In this document: positions 8,610 through 16,393 of the stretch, piece by piece
Numbering within the stretch: the first letter of the stretch is position 1
How the letters are laid out: every line of letters begins with the position of its first letter
Assembly: GCA_041494685.1 (NCBI GenBank)
Contig: JBGQBE010000036.1
Location: forward strand, 1 to 33,991
Source of the DNA: Dehalococcoidia bacterium
GTDB taxonomy: Bacteria > Chloroflexota > Dehalococcoidia > DSTF01 > JACRBR01
Length of the DNA: 33,991 bases
Reading direction: 5' to 3'
Notes under the pieces: generated by a model
What the model was told of the DNA's origin: nothing
The model's database searches: none
Seen by the model: the letters and a program-made list of their open reading frames with translations, nothing else
Position numbers and translations under genes: made by a program

Positions 8610-8945
8610 TTACGCCGGCTGCATTTCTTCATCGATACGCTGATCGATCGGCGCCCGGTACCTATCGTAAAACCACACGGCACTCTGGACATCTTCCTCA
8701 GTCAGGACATTCCCGTAACGGCGCAGAAGGAGACCGCGATCATCATCGCTCAATTTGAGCCATTGGATGACCATCCACACGTTGATGCCGGACTTGCCGA
8801 CGCGGACGTCCAAAGGACTGGGAGAGTCCGGCGGCGCGTATCTGCCGCGCACCCAGACCTCTCCTGATCCGGGCAGCGGCCCCTCAGGCTGCGTACGGAC
8901 CTCTGAGCGGCCATCCGGGCGGTAGTAGGTAAACACCTGTGCCAT
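8610..8945 (-). CDS. DUF433 domain protein, putative antitoxin
   Basis: RVGKSGINVWMVI..YGNVLTEEDVQSAVWFYDRYRAPID matches the DUF433 helical pattern. It sits directly upstream of the PIN-like gene. Confidence 0.7.
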   Translation of the reverse strand: MAQVFTYYRPDGRSEVRTQPEGPLPGSGEVWVRGRYAPPDSPSPLDVRVGKSGINVWMVIQWLKLSDDDRGLLLRRYGNVLTEEDVQSAVWFYDRYRAPIDQRIDEEMQPA

Positions 8946-8949
8946 ATCG

Positions 8950-10353
8950 CTACCCTCGGTAGTGCGCCTTGCCGCCGACGCGGTCCTTGTTCAGCCGCTT
9001 GTTGAGGTGCAGCCCCTCCAGGATGAACTCCGTCGCGCTGGCGATCTGCGCCGGGTTCTCGCCGGGGTTCAGCTTGGCGACGGCGGCGCTCATGCCGTCG
9101 ATCGACCTCATCAGCTTCACGTAGTTGTCGGAGGGCATCTGGTCGCTGACCTCGGTGGCCAGGCCGGCCTTGAATCGCGTGACGACGTCCTCCAGGTCCA
9201 CGACGTTGAAGTAGCGGTTGAAGACGGCGACCACGGCGCCCTGGATCAGCTTCTCGATGATCTGCTCTTCCTTGCCGTCTTCGACCGTGTCGAACTCGAC
9301 CTTGCCGCTGAACGTCGGGATGACGTACGGCAGGTCGCTGATCCGCGGCACGACGTCGCCCTCGCCGAGACGGATCGAGCGCCGCATCGCGTTGGCGAGC
9401 AGGCTCTCGTAGTCGGCGATGGACGCGCGGACGGAGACGCCGGAGCGCTGGTTGACGTCCGGGCTGCGGCGCGCGAGCCGGGTCATCTCGACGACGATCT
9501 CCTTCATGTACGGCGGCAACTCCACCTTGAAGTCGGCGTCGTGGAAGACCGAGCGCTCCTGCTCCATGATGTCGATCTCGTGCTCGACGTTGCGCGGGTA
9601 GTGCGTGCGGATTTGCGCGCCGTAGCGGTCCTTCAGCGGCGTGATGATGCGGCCGCGGTTGGTGTAGTCCTCCGGGTTCGCGGACGCGACGACGACGACG
9701 TCGAGCGGCATGCGGATGCGGTAGCCGCGGATCTGGACGTCGCGCTCCTCGAGGATGTTGAGCAGGCCGACCTGGATGCGCTCGGCGAGGTCCGGCAGCT
9801 CGTTGATGCAGAAGATGCCGCGGTTCGTGCGGGCGATCAGGCCGTAGTGGATGGTCAGCTCGTCGGAGAGGTAGCGGCCCTCGGCCACCTTGATCGGGTC
9901 GACCTCGCCGATCAGGTCGGCGATGGTGATGTCGGGCGTCGCGAGCTTCTCGCCGTAGCGCCGGTCGCGGCCGATCCACTCGATCTCAAGGTTGTCGCCC
10001 TCCTGCTCGATGCGCATGCGGCTGGCGTGGGTGATCGGCTCGAACGGGTTCTCGTTCAGCTCGCTGCCGGCGATGATCGGCACGTACTCGTCGAGCAGGC
10101 CGGTGAGACTGCGGATCATGCGGGACTTCGCCTGGCCGCGCTCGCCCAGGAAGATGATGTCCTGGCCGGAGAGGATGGCGTTCTCGAGTTGCGGCACGAC
10201 GGAGTCCTCGTAGCCGAAGATCCCATCGAACATGGGCTTGCCGCTGCGGATGCGCTCGATCAGGTTGCGGCGCATCTCTTCCTTGACGGGGGACACCCTG
10301 TAGCCGGAACTCTTCAGTTCACCGAGCGTCCGTGGTCTTGCTTCCGACGTCAT
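8950..10353 (-). CDS. AAA+ ATPase, magnesium chelatase subunit I / MoxR-like family (Rv0958-like)
   Basis: PRTLGELKSSGY N-terminus, Walker A-like GERGQAKS, Walker B-like FCINELPDL, ANPEDYTNRGRIITPLKDR. Confidence 0.85.
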   Translation of the reverse strand: MTSEARPRTLGELKSSGYRVSPVKEEMRRNLIERIRSGKPMFDGIFGYEDSVVPQLENAILSGQDIIFLGERGQAKSRMIRSLTGLLDEYVPIIAGSELNENPFEPITHASRMRIEQEGDNLEIEWIGRDRRYGEKLATPDITIADLIGEVDPIKVAEGRYLSDELTIHYGLIARTNRGIFCINELPDLAERIQVGLLNILEERDVQIRGYRIRMPLDVVVVASANPEDYTNRGRIITPLKDRYGAQIRTHYPRNVEHEIDIMEQERSVFHDADFKVELPPYMKEIVVEMTRLARRSPDVNQRSGVSVRASIADYESLLANAMRRSIRLGEGDVVPRISDLPYVIPTFSGKVEFDTVEDGKEEQIIEKLIQGAVVAVFNRYFNVVDLEDVVTRFKAGLATEVSDQMPSDNYVKLMRSIDGMSAAVAKLNPGENPAQIASATEFILEGLHLNKRLNKDRVGGKAHYRG

Positions 10354-10380
10354 GCGTTCACGATCCTTCCGGGCTGTGCT

Positions 10381-11415
10381 TCATCCGCGATCGGCGCCCC
10401 CCGCGGTATCGAAGAACCGCGCCAGTTCATCTCGCGCGAACGTGGGGAGGGGTTGAGCGGAGTCTCTGGTCCCCATTATAACCACCGGCGGGCCTGATTC
10501 GATCGTCGCGAGGCGCCTGCACGGGATCTTCATCTCCGCGAGCCGCCGCTCGACGGCGGCGCATTCAGCTTCGCTGACGACCGCCAGCAGCGCGCCGGAC
10601 GCCAGCAGCCCCATCGGATCGAGATGCAGCGCCTCATAGATCGCGCGCGTCTCCGCGAACACGGGCACCGCGGCGGCATCGAAGCGCAGCGTGGCGCCCG
10701 CCGCCTCCGCGAGCTCGTAGAGCGCGGTCGCGAGGCCGCCCTCCGTGGGATCGTGCATCAGGCGCGGGCGGGCGACCTCGCAGATCGCGCGCGCCTCCGG
10801 CACGACGCTGATGCCGGGCTCGTACAGCATGCGCTTCGCCCGCGCGACGAGCGCCGGCTCGACGCCGGCCGCGGCGAGCGCGCCGCCAGCTTCGCGCGCG
10901 AGCAGGGCTGTGCCCTCGATCGCGATGCCCTTCGTGAGGAGTACGACGTCGCCGGGCGAAACGCTCTCTCCGGCCACGATCTCGTCGCGCGCGGCTTCGC
11001 CCAGCATCGCGCCGACGACGATCGGGCGGTCGAGCCCGATCGTCACCTCCGTGTGGCCGCCGACGAGCTCGACCTCCAACGCGGCGCAGGCGGCGGTGAT
11101 CTGGTCGAAGATGGCGCCGGGCAAGGTGTCCGGCGCGCCGGGCGGCAGCAGCGCCGTCGCCAGCATCCACGCCGGCCGCGCGCCCATGCAGGCGATGTCG
11201 TTGGCGTTGACGTTCACGGCGTACCAGCCGATGTGCTCGGCGGCGAAGGTGACCGGGTCCGTCTTCGCGACGAGCACCCGCCCGCCGCCCATGTCGATGA
11301 CGGCGGCGTCGCGTCCGATGCCGGGGCCGACGAGGACGCGCGGGTCGCTGCGCGTGATCCGCGCCAGCAGCGCCGCCAGCATGGGCGCGGGCAGCTTCCC
11401 CGGCCGGAGCGTCAC
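10381..11415 (-). CDS. AIR synthase-related (PurM/HypE superfamily) protein
   Basis: GKLP, GPGIGRDAAV, TDP, NANDIACMGARP, GGHTEV, HDPTEGG. GTG start overlaps the upstream stop. Confidence 0.85.
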   Translation of the reverse strand: MTLRPGKLPAPMLAALLARITRSDPRVLVGPGIGRDAAVIDMGGGRVLVAKTDPVTFAAEHIGWYAVNVNANDIACMGARPAWMLATALLPPGAPDTLPGAIFDQITAACAALEVELVGGHTEVTIGLDRPIVVGAMLGEAARDEIVAGESVSPGDVVLLTKGIAIEGTALLAREAGGALAAAGVEPALVARAKRMLYEPGISVVPEARAICEVARPRLMHDPTEGGLATALYELAEAAGATLRFDAAAVPVFAETRAIYEALHLDPMGLLASGALLAVVSEAECAAVERRLAEMKIPCRRLATIESGPPVVIMGTRDSAQPLPTFARDELARFFDTAGGADRG

Positions 11416-11882
11416 CGGTCCGCCGCGACGCGCCGCACGACGTGGCCGCTGAATGCGTCTACCAGTTCCGGCAGCATACGCCGCACGCCGGAGCCCAGGG
11501 TGACGCCGACGAAGAAGTCGCCGACGATGCCGTGGCCCTGGGCGCCGATCTCGACTTCCATCAGGCAGCCCTCGGCGTCATCGAACAGTTCGAACTGGAG
11601 GTAGGCGGCCTGTACCTGGCCCGCCATCGGCGCGTTGGAGTCGACGTGCTCGCAGACCAGGCGGCCGGGCGCGGACCACTCGACGATCTCCCAGCGGGTC
11701 CACGTGGTCCGGTCGTCGCCGATCGCGAGGAGGCGTGCGCCGGCGGCCGGGCGTGTGCCGTCCTCGAACTCGACGGCGGACACGTTGGGAAACCAGCGCG
11801 GCCACGACGCGAAGTCGGTGAGGATCGCCCAGATCAGCGCGGCTGGCGCGTCGTATGCCTGCGATGTGTAGTAGGCGGCCAT
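11412..11882 (-). CDS. SRPBCC (polyketide cyclase/START-like) family protein
   Basis: APAALIWAILTDFASWPRWFPNV and WEIVEWSAPGRL are typical SRPBCC motifs. Confidence 0.75.
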   Translation of the reverse strand: MAAYYTSQAYDAPAALIWAILTDFASWPRWFPNVSAVEFEDGTRPAAGARLLAIGDDRTTWTRWEIVEWSAPGRLVCEHVDSNAPMAGQVQAAYLQFELFDDAEGCLMEVEIGAQGHGIVGDFFVGVTLGSGVRRMLPELVDAFSGHVVRRVAADR

Positions 11883-11894
11883 GATCTGCGGGCA

Positions 11895-11903
11895 AGCATA
11901 GCA
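11895..11903 (-). promoter_or_regulatory. Candidate extended -10 promoter for the SRPBCC gene (near-leaderless)
   Basis: Minus strand TGC-TATGCT ends 12 nt before the ATG. No SD is present. Confidence 0.4.
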
Positions 11904-12167
11904 CCGGGCGGCGGTTCGATGGGATGGAGGAGGGGCGCCCTGCGCGAGAACGCCGCGTGTCGGTTCCGCGGAGGCGCGCGGACCAGCAGGGCCGGCGCGA
12001 GAAGGCGCGGACGTGTGCGAGGGGCTACGGGATGCGGTGCGGCGGACGATGCTGAAGAGAGAACTGGACCGGGCCGAGCCGCGGGAATGTCTGTTGGAAC
12101 GCAGACGTGTCCGACGACCGGGGGATCGACGGCGCGGGTTGCAGGCCCGCGGCTCGACCCGGCGGCG

Positions 12168-12431
12168 TCACACGGATCGCGGGCCCGAGCCGGCAATCTC
12201 GACGTGGGACGCCACTTCGCTTGGAAGAAGTGCACGCGCAGAGCGCGGGTCGGAGTCACGGGGGTCAGGGTCAGGGGTAGAGGGGTCGTGACGCCGGCCG
12301 ACTTCGCCAATGGAAGCGCTAGGTACTGGTGCGGAGGCTCGCGTGGCGGGCGTGGTGCGGTTGAGCAGGGCGAGGCTGGCAAGCCGCGCTTCGGCGCTCT
12401 TCGGTCCGCGTGTCGATGCGAACAATGCCAC
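12168..12431 (-). CDS. Hypothetical 87-aa small protein downstream of the c-di-GMP riboswitch
   Basis: GTG preceded by GGACGGAGAG, within the tail of track ORF 12168..12752. The product is low-complexity with no recognised family and may be non-coding. Confidence 0.3.
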   Translation of the reverse strand: MALFASTRGPKSAEARLASLALLNRTTPATRASAPVPSASIGEVGRRHDPSTPDPDPRDSDPRSARALLPSEVASHVEIAGSGPRSV

Positions 12432-12527
12432 GGCGATCTCTCCGTCCAAGGGACGGGACGGAGGGGCGTAACAATACCCTCGATCCGCAGCGGGATGAGG
12501 GCTGCAGACTCCGACCTGTCCAGGTGC

Positions 12528-12616
12528 CTTCGGCGGCCCGGCGGCCATATCCCGGGAGGGACTGTAGGCCCGTGGCTTTGCGTCGCCGCCTTTCGACGGG
12601 TTTGCCTTTGTCGGAG
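12528..12616 (-). ncRNA. Cyclic di-GMP-I (GEMM) riboswitch aptamer
   Basis: Minus strand reads CUCCGACAAAGGCAAACCCGUC-GAAA-GGCGGCGACGCAAAGCCACGGGCCUACAGUCCCUCCCGGGAUAUGGCCGCCGGGCCGCCGAAG. It has GGCAAAC, a GAAA tetraloop, GACGCAAAGC, a CCUA..AUGG receptor and a terminal GCCG. Confidence 0.92.
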
Positions 12617-12841
12617 CGATCTTCTGTTGTTGTACTCCATGAATCGGACGGCGCCCCGGGATCTGTTGGTCATGGGGAACTCTTTTTTCGCACGTCGGGC
12701 GAGCCTTGTGACGCGGCCCATCGCGCCGGTCAACAGACGTGCGACGGCGCATTGGACGCCCCTAACGGCTTCGAAACACCTGTCCTTTTCCGGGGTCGAT
12801 AGTATGGGTGCGGGACCAAGGGTGATGATGGGAGGATGTCT

Positions 12842-13609
12842 ATGAACAAGAAGAAGTGGATAGCGGCTATCGCGGGTGTCGCGGCAGTGCTGGTGATCGG
12901 CGCGGGCGCCGTCATGGCGCAGACCCCGGCGACGCCGTCGGCGACGCCGTCGTTCCTGGACCGCGTAGCGCAGAAGCTCGGCATCGATACGTCGAAGCTG
13001 AAGGACGCGATCACGGGCGCGCGCAACGACCAGGTCGATGAGGGCGTCAAGAACGGCGACCTGACGCAGAAGCAGGCCGACGCGCTGAAGCAGCGGATCG
13101 CGAACAGCCCCAACGGCGGCTTCGGCCCGGGCATGGGCGGCCGCGGCTTCAAGGGCGGATTTGGCGGTCCGGGATTCGGCCCGGGGCTGGCCGGCGCAGA
13201 GACGAAGCTCGCCGACTTCCTGGGGATCACCCCCGACCAGTTGAAGACGGAACTGCGGGCGGACAAGGCCACGCTGGCCACCGTCGCGGCGGCGCACGGC
13301 AAGTCGCGCGATGACCTGAAGAAGTTCGTCACCGACACGGCGAAGTCGTCGCTCGACACAGCGGTCAAGAACGGCGACCTGACGCAGAAGGTGGAGGACA
13401 CGATCCTCCAGAAGCTGAACGACAACCTGGACAAGATCGTCGACTCGGCGTTCGGCCACGGCTTCGGCATGGGCTTCCCCGGCGGGCGCGGTCACCACGG
13501 CGGCCCGTGGGGCGGCAACATGCCGGCTCCGGGCGCACCGTCGCAGGGCGGTCAGTCAACGCCGCAGCAGCAGAGCGGCAGCGGCATCGGCAGCTTCAAC
13601 CGCTCGTAA
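12842..13609 (+). CDS. Secreted Gly-rich helical hypothetical protein with internal repeat
   Basis: GGAGG RBS before ATG 12842. Signal peptide MNKKKWIAAIAGVAAVLVIGAGAVMA. VKNGDLTQK occurs twice (27-nt exact repeat at 13046-13072 and 13364-13390), with GGFGPG-rich linkers. Confidence 0.85.
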   Translation: MNKKKWIAAIAGVAAVLVIGAGAVMAQTPATPSATPSFLDRVAQKLGIDTSKLKDAITGARNDQVDEGVKNGDLTQKQADALKQRIANSPNGGFGPGMGGRGFKGGFGGPGFGPGLAGAETKLADFLGITPDQLKTELRADKATLATVAAAHGKSRDDLKKFVTDTAKSSLDTAVKNGDLTQKVEDTILQKLNDNLDKIVDSAFGHGFGMGFPGGRGHHGGPWGGNMPAPGAPSQGGQSTPQQQSGSGIGSFNRS

Positions 13610-13621
13610 GATTCAGGAGAT

Positions 13622-13655
13622 ACGGCAGGGGCGCCCGCCGCCCCTGCCGTTTTTT
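13622..13655 (+). terminator. Rho-independent terminator
   Basis: 12-bp stem ACGGCAGGGGCG / CGCCCCTGCCGT with a 5-nt loop, followed by a T-run. Confidence 0.85.
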
Positions 13656-13678
13656 CTCGCAGAGGAGCCGCAACAAGT

Positions 13679-14380
13679 ATGAATGACCACGCAGACCCCG
13701 CCCCGAAGATCCTGGTCGCGGACGACGACAGGCACATCGCGGACCTCGTCCAGATGTACCTGAAAAAGGCCGGGTACGACGTCACGATCGCCCGCACCGG
13801 CGACGAGACGCAGCGGCTGCTCAGGGATCAGCAGTTCGACCTGGCGGTGCTGGACATTATGATGCCAGGCCCGGACGGGCTGCAGATCGTCCGCAACCTG
13901 CGCAAGCGCAGCGAGCTGCCGGTGATCTTCCTCTCGGCGCGCTCGTCCGACGTGGACAAGGTGGCCGGGCTGCAGTACGGCGCCGACGACTACGTAACGA
14001 AGCCGTTCAACCCGACCGAGCTGGTGGCGCGCGTACAGTCTGTGCTGCGCCGCAGCCGGGCGACGGCCGAGCCGAGCGGCGAGCGGATCGCCATCGGCGA
14101 GCTGTTCATGGACGTGCGCAACCGCGTCGCCACGATCAAGGGCCAACCGATGACGCTGACGCCCAAGGAGTTTGACCTGCTGGCGACCTTCGCCCGGTTC
14201 GCGAACGTCACGTTGGACCGGGAGAAGCTGCTCGACCTCGTGTGGGGGACGTCGTTCTACGGCATGCGGACGGTGGACGTGCACATCGTGCGCCTCCGCA
14301 GCAAGCTCGATGGCTCCGGCCTCAAGATCGAGACGGTGTGGGGCAGCGGCTATCGGCTCGTGGAGGCAGTGCCAGCGTGA
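13679..14380 (+). CDS. OmpR/PhoB family response regulator
   Basis: ILVADDD, LDIMMPGPDG, GADDYVTKPF, LTPKEFDLL, RTVDVHIVRLRSKL, IETVWGSGY. Confidence 0.95.
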   Translation: MNDHADPAPKILVADDDRHIADLVQMYLKKAGYDVTIARTGDETQRLLRDQQFDLAVLDIMMPGPDGLQIVRNLRKRSELPVIFLSARSSDVDKVAGLQYGADDYVTKPFNPTELVARVQSVLRRSRATAEPSGERIAIGELFMDVRNRVATIKGQPMTLTPKEFDLLATFARFANVTLDREKLLDLVWGTSFYGMRTVDVHIVRLRSKLDGSGLKIETVWGSGYRLVEAVPA

Positions 14381-15819
14381 AATCGCGGCTGCGGGCCTTC
14401 GTCTTTAGCTTCCAGACGAAGCTGGTGCTGGCGCTGACCGCCGTCGTCCTGCTGGCCATGCTGCTGGCCGGAGTCGTCTTCGTGTACCGCACCCGCGCGG
14501 ACCGCCAGCAGAGCGCGCTCGACCGCGTGGCGGCGGCGTCGCCGGCGATCTACCAGCAGGCGTTCCTGGCGCTGCTCCCGGACGAGCAGAAGGAAGGCGT
14601 CACCTACTCGCAGCTGCTCGACTCACTCTCCGCACAGCAGCAGGTGCGCATCCTCGTCGTCTCGAACGACGGCGCGGTGCTGTACGACACGAGCGGCCAC
14701 CTCGCCGGCACCGCGATCGACGTGCCGCGTTCGTCGCTGGACGACCTGCGGCGCGGCTTCGTGGCGTGGCGTCCAGCGGAGGGGTTCGCGGAGCACGGGT
14801 TGACCCTGGTGTCGGCGTCTGGCCGCTTCACGGCGGGCGGACGGCAGCTGCCGTTCCGCATCGTCCTTGTCGTGCCGACCGCCACGATCAGCGGCGCCTG
14901 GCGGGGTGTGCTGCCCGGCCTCACGGTCGCCGCGGCGATCGCGGTCGTCATCGCGATGCTCGCGGGCACGCTGCTGGCGCGGCAGGTGGCGCAGCCGGTG
15001 CGCAGGTTAACGCAGGCCAGCGAGGCGCTCGCGGCGGGCGACTTCAGCCAGCGTGTGGAGTTGCACCGCAACGACGAGATGGGGCGCCTGGCGCGGGCGT
15101 TCACGTCGATGGTGCAACGCGTGGGGCAGCGGGACTCGCAGATGCGGGCGCTGCTTGCCAACGTGTCGCACGACCTGAAGACGCCGATGACGTCGATCAC
15201 CGGGTACGCGCAGGCGCTGACGGACGGCACGGCCGACCCGGCAGACGCCGCGCACATCGGTAGTGTGATCAAAGACGAGGCAGAGCACGTGAACGGACTG
15301 CTGGCCGATCTGCTGTACCTGGGCGAGATCGACGCGGGGCAGGTGATCACGCGGCAAGAGGATGTGCCGCTGGACGCGATCGTCGAGCGCTGCGTGCGGC
15401 GGATCGAGACTCAGGCGAAGGCGAAGGACATCGACATCACGCTCGACGTGGAGGACGAGCCGGTCCTCAGCGGTGTCGACCCGGACAAGGTGGAGCGGGC
15501 GCTGACGAACATCCTGGACAACGCCGCGAAGTTCACGCCGGAGCACGGGCGCATCGCGGTGCACGGCTGGCGCGAGAACGGCGCGACGCCGTCGCGGGCG
15601 GTCTGCGCGGTGACCAACAGCGGGTCGGCGATCGCCGAAGAGGACCTGCCGCGCGTATTCGACCGGTTCTTCCGCAGCGACCGTGCGCGGCAGACCGAAG
15701 CGGGAAATGGCCTCGGTTTGTCGATCACCCGCGAACTCGTAGAGCTGAACCGCGGCCACATCGCCGCCGCGTCCGGCGCCGAAGGCGTGACGTTCACGGT
15801 GACGCTGCCCGCCCGGTAA
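14377..15819 (+). CDS. HAMP-containing sensor histidine kinase
   Basis: GTGA overlap with the regulator stop. Two TM helices, HAMP, H-box NVSHDLKTP, N-box NILDNAAKF, FDRFFR and GNGLGL. Confidence 0.95.
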   Translation: MKSRLRAFVFSFQTKLVLALTAVVLLAMLLAGVVFVYRTRADRQQSALDRVAAASPAIYQQAFLALLPDEQKEGVTYSQLLDSLSAQQQVRILVVSNDGAVLYDTSGHLAGTAIDVPRSSLDDLRRGFVAWRPAEGFAEHGLTLVSASGRFTAGGRQLPFRIVLVVPTATISGAWRGVLPGLTVAAAIAVVIAMLAGTLLARQVAQPVRRLTQASEALAAGDFSQRVELHRNDEMGRLARAFTSMVQRVGQRDSQMRALLANVSHDLKTPMTSITGYAQALTDGTADPADAAHIGSVIKDEAEHVNGLLADLLYLGEIDAGQVITRQEDVPLDAIVERCVRRIETQAKAKDIDITLDVEDEPVLSGVDPDKVERALTNILDNAAKFTPEHGRIAVHGWRENGATPSRAVCAVTNSGSAIAEEDLPRVFDRFFRSDRARQTEAGNGLGLSITRELVELNRGHIAAASGAEGVTFTVTLPAR

Positions 15820-15873
15820 CCACACTCCTGTCAGATTTCGTCAGTAATGATGCGTCAACGGCACGGCAGGGCG

Positions 15874-15919
15874 TTGCCAGGCGGGCTACTTGTGGCGTAC
15901 AGTAAACGCAACGAGTTGC
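15874..15919 (+). promoter_or_regulatory. sigma70-type promoter with downstream palindromic operator candidate
   Basis: TTGCCA (15874-79) -N18- TACAGT (15898-903), then GCAAC-GA-GTTGC (15908-19) over the predicted start site of the Fur-family gene. Confidence 0.55.
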
Positions 15920-15935
15920 AACAAAGGCTTCTGGC

Positions 15936-16373
15936 ATGAGCTGTGAGTCCGAGACGATCGATGTCCTGCGCGAATCGGGACATAAGATGACGCCCCAGCG
16001 GATGATGATCTTGACGTCGCTGCGGCACGCGCCGGGCCATCTCAGCGCCGCCGACATCTTCGAACGCGTGCGCGCCTCGTACCCATACGTCGACATCTCG
16101 ACGGTGTACCGCACGCTGACGGTACTCAAGGACCTGCGGCTGATCTCCGAGACGCATATGGGCAGCGGCGACGCCACGTTCGAGTGGGTGGGCGTCGAGC
16201 GGCACCACCACCTGATCTGCCGCCGCTGCAATCACGTCACGTTGCTCGACCACCACTACCTCGAGGGCCTGGGATCGCGGATCGCGGCGGACCTGGGCTT
16301 TCGCGCGGACATGGACCATTTCGCGATCTTCGGCCTGTGCGCTGGCTGCCAGCGCGAGCTGGCCGCCGACTAG
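15936..16373 (+). CDS. zur: Fur family transcriptional regulator, probably Zur
   Basis: MTPQR, HLSA, STVYRTL, HHHLICRRC, GLCAGC. It heads a Zn/Mn ABC operon; Zur specificity is inferred from context. Confidence 0.8.
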   Translation: MSCESETIDVLRESGHKMTPQRMMILTSLRHAPGHLSAADIFERVRASYPYVDISTVYRTLTVLKDLRLISETHMGSGDATFEWVGVERHHHLICRRCNHVTLLDHHYLEGLGSRIAADLGFRADMDHFAIFGLCAGCQRELAAD

Positions 16374-16393
16374 CCCGGCCCGGAGGGACACGC

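Noticed and set aside
8195..8955. Insertion sequence or integron cassette carrying the TA pair
   Set aside because: No transposase, terminal inverted repeats, target duplication or attC-like structure was seen. The flanks are only 3-4 nt.
8950..10353. True magnesium chelatase (bchI) implying phototrophy
   Set aside because: The sequence fits the widespread non-photosynthetic ChlI/MoxR-like family (GQAKS, INELPDL). No bch genes are nearby.
10381..11415. hypE
   Set aside because: It lacks the C-terminal PR(I/V)C cysteine, and there is no hyp or hydrogenase context.
12528..12616. cGAMP-selective (GEMM-Ib) riboswitch
   Set aside because: The discriminating position is G (GGCAAAC) rather than A, consistent with c-di-GMP.
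11442..13498. ORFs 11442..12845 (+) and 11834..13498 (-) spanning the long intergenic region
   Set aside because: They overlap real genes and the riboswitch, with low-complexity products and no coding bias.
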